Positions 62,629-64,000 of a stretch of 64,000 bases of DNA are shown here, piece after piece. The notes beneath the pieces are model-generated. The model was not told the origin of the DNA and ran no database searches. It saw nothing but the letters and a program-made list of their open reading frames with translations. A program made the position numbers and the translations under genes. The DNA lies in the NCBI GenBank assembly GCA_963933835.1, contig CAWVVV010000002.1, positions 224,001 to 288,000 of the forward strand, given 5' to 3'. This DNA comes from an uncultured Puniceicoccaceae bacterium. Lineage in GTDB: Bacteria; Verrucomicrobiota; Verrucomicrobiia; Opitutales; Oceanipulchritudinaceae. Position 1 is the first letter of the stretch. Every line of letters starts with the position of its first letter.

Positions 62629-62753
62629 ATCTAATGAAATCTATAAGTGCCTGATATAGAAGGCACTGCAAATTGAGGCGAAATCAATAAAGCGACATAC
62701 TGTCACACTTCGGCCGCATATTGGGACGAATTATCGACCTGCGAGAGGAGCCT

Positions 62754-64000
62754 TTAGAAGCTCCAGAGCATCGGAATTAGAATCACTGCCCCGGCCATGT
62801 AGATGAGGTTCAGTGGAATTCCGACTTTGAGAAAGTCTTTAAATCGATAGCCCCCTACGCCGTAGACGTAAGTGTTTGTCTGGTAGCCGATAGGAGTGCT
62901 GAAGCTCGCCGAACTGGCCATACAAGTGGCGATGACAAAGGGCCTTGGATCGACCCCCAGTGTTGTTCCAAGGGCGATCGCGATCGGCGTCATGAGGACA
63001 ACCGTTGCGTTGTTTGAGAGTAGCTCGGTGAGGGCATTCGTCACGGCATAGAGCGCGATCAACAGCACATACGGCTGCCACTCGGGCGAAATGCCAACGT
63101 TTGTCAGCCCGACGAGGCCCTCTGTGACGAGGCCGCTCGCACCCGATCGATCCATCGCCATGCCGAGTCCGAGCATACTGTAGATCAAAATCAGCAGGCT
63201 CCAGTCGACGGCGGCATACGCCTCCTTCGGCTTCAAAGTATTCGTTACGAAAAGGACGACGACACCGAGAATTGCAGCGGCAGAGATGGGAAGGAATCCG
63301 AACGATACGGAACCAATGATGCCGGCGAGAACACCGAGCACGATCGGCTGCTTCGAACGCATGTTTTGCGCCGGAGTGTGGGCATGGTCGAGGAGCAGGA
63401 TGTCGCCCCCTCGTCTAATCTGCTCTTTCGCCTCGTCGGTCCCCATCATCAGAATGGTGTCACCAAATTCGAGGGGCAGCGTATCGATCTTGTCGCGCAT
63501 GTTAATCCCTCTGCGGTGGATCGCGATCAGGATCATACGGAAGCGCTGGCGAAAGTTCAGTTCTTTGATCGTTTTGCCCACGACACTGGAGCGCGGGCCG
63601 ATGACGCCCTCAACAATCGATCCTTCGTGGGCAGCAATCGTTTGTAGCCCCGTCTCTTCACCCAAGAGATGAAGGCCTTCAACGGAGGAGGCCTCGACAA
63701 AACCGGATGGACGGCACGAGAGAATGAGGCGGTCGCCCGCTTGAAAGATGATCGTGCGGATGTCGTCTTTGACTGCAACTTCGTGGCGGACGAGCTCAAG
63801 GATGCGCACCCCTCTTTGTTTTTTAAGCCCGCTTTCAGCAATCGTTTTTCCGATCAGTTGAGAGCCGGAACGGATGTAAGCTTCTGTGATGTATTCGCGG
63901 CGCTCTTCTTCTGAGAGGATCGCCGTCAGCGATTGGCGCCGAGGAATGATTTTAGTGCTCACAAAAGCCAAGTAAATAGCTCCGAGGATGAGCAGTGGGA
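62754..64000 (-). CDS. SLC13-family permease with two TrkA-C domains (5-prime part outside the window)
   Basis: TrkA-C repeats, TELLSNNAT, SFSTPIGYQTN, GGYRFKDFLKVG. Confidence 0.93.
   Translation of the reverse strand, partial: PLLILGAIYLAFVSTKIIPRRQSLTAILSEEERREYITEAYIRSGSQLIGKTIAESGLKKQRGVRILELVRHEVAVKDDIRTIIFQAGDRLILSCRPSGFVEASSVEGLHLLGEETGLQTIAAHEGSIVEGVIGPRSSVVGKTIKELNFRQRFRMILIAIHRRGINMRDKIDTLPLEFGDTILMMGTDEAKEQIRRGGDILLLDHAHTPAQNMRSKQPIVLGVLAGIIGSVSFGFLPISAAAILGVVVLFVTNTLKPKEAYAAVDWSLLILIYSMLGLGMAMDRSGASGLVTEGLVGLTNVGISPEWQPYVLLIALYAVTNALTELLSNNATVVLMTPIAIALGTTLGVDPRPFVIATCMASSASFSTPIGYQTNTYVYGVGGYRFKDFLKVGIPLNLIYMAGAVILIPMLWSF

Overview
Housekeeping-rich chromosomal segment of a GC-rich bacterium, most likely Verrucomicrobiota/Opitutia (inferred from protein styles, not proven). 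It appears to span the replication origin. Left to right: frameshifted NarL-type regulator, F1Fo ATP synthase operon (atpBEFHAGDC), trmB, a PhoB/PhoR-like pair, mnmG-mnmE, recA, N-terminally extended ispH, dnaN next to an oriC-like spacer (no dnaA in the window), pssA, mscS, a cell-wall hydrolase, an orphan RelE-fold gene, addBA, ABC-F, HI0933 flavoprotein, Nudix, TPMT, glgP, mutL, an antiporter-EIIA fusion, a beta-gamma-crystallin/transmembrane-protein cluster, cmk-aroA-tyrA, an FGE-domain gene, xseA, a type IV pilin beside a GT-C/methyltransferase/GT2 cassette, a damaged hrpB, hsp20 and an SLC13 permease. No rRNA, tRNA, CRISPR array, transposase or prophage was seen. Most notable: (1) two perfect parS palindromes inside a 54-bp tandem duplication that is translated as an MnmG loop; (2) a dnaA-less oriC candidate with a Bacillus-like box-box-GCC-AT-rich core; (3) a degenerate IPP-isomerase-like domain fused to IspH; (4) MutL lacking endonuclease metal ligands; (5) a candidate ToxR-like transmembrane regulator with 11-bp phased repeats facing two secreted crystallin paralogs; (6) a candidate pilin glycosylation cassette. 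Several small indels suggest residual sequencing errors. All family assignments are by eye, without database searches.
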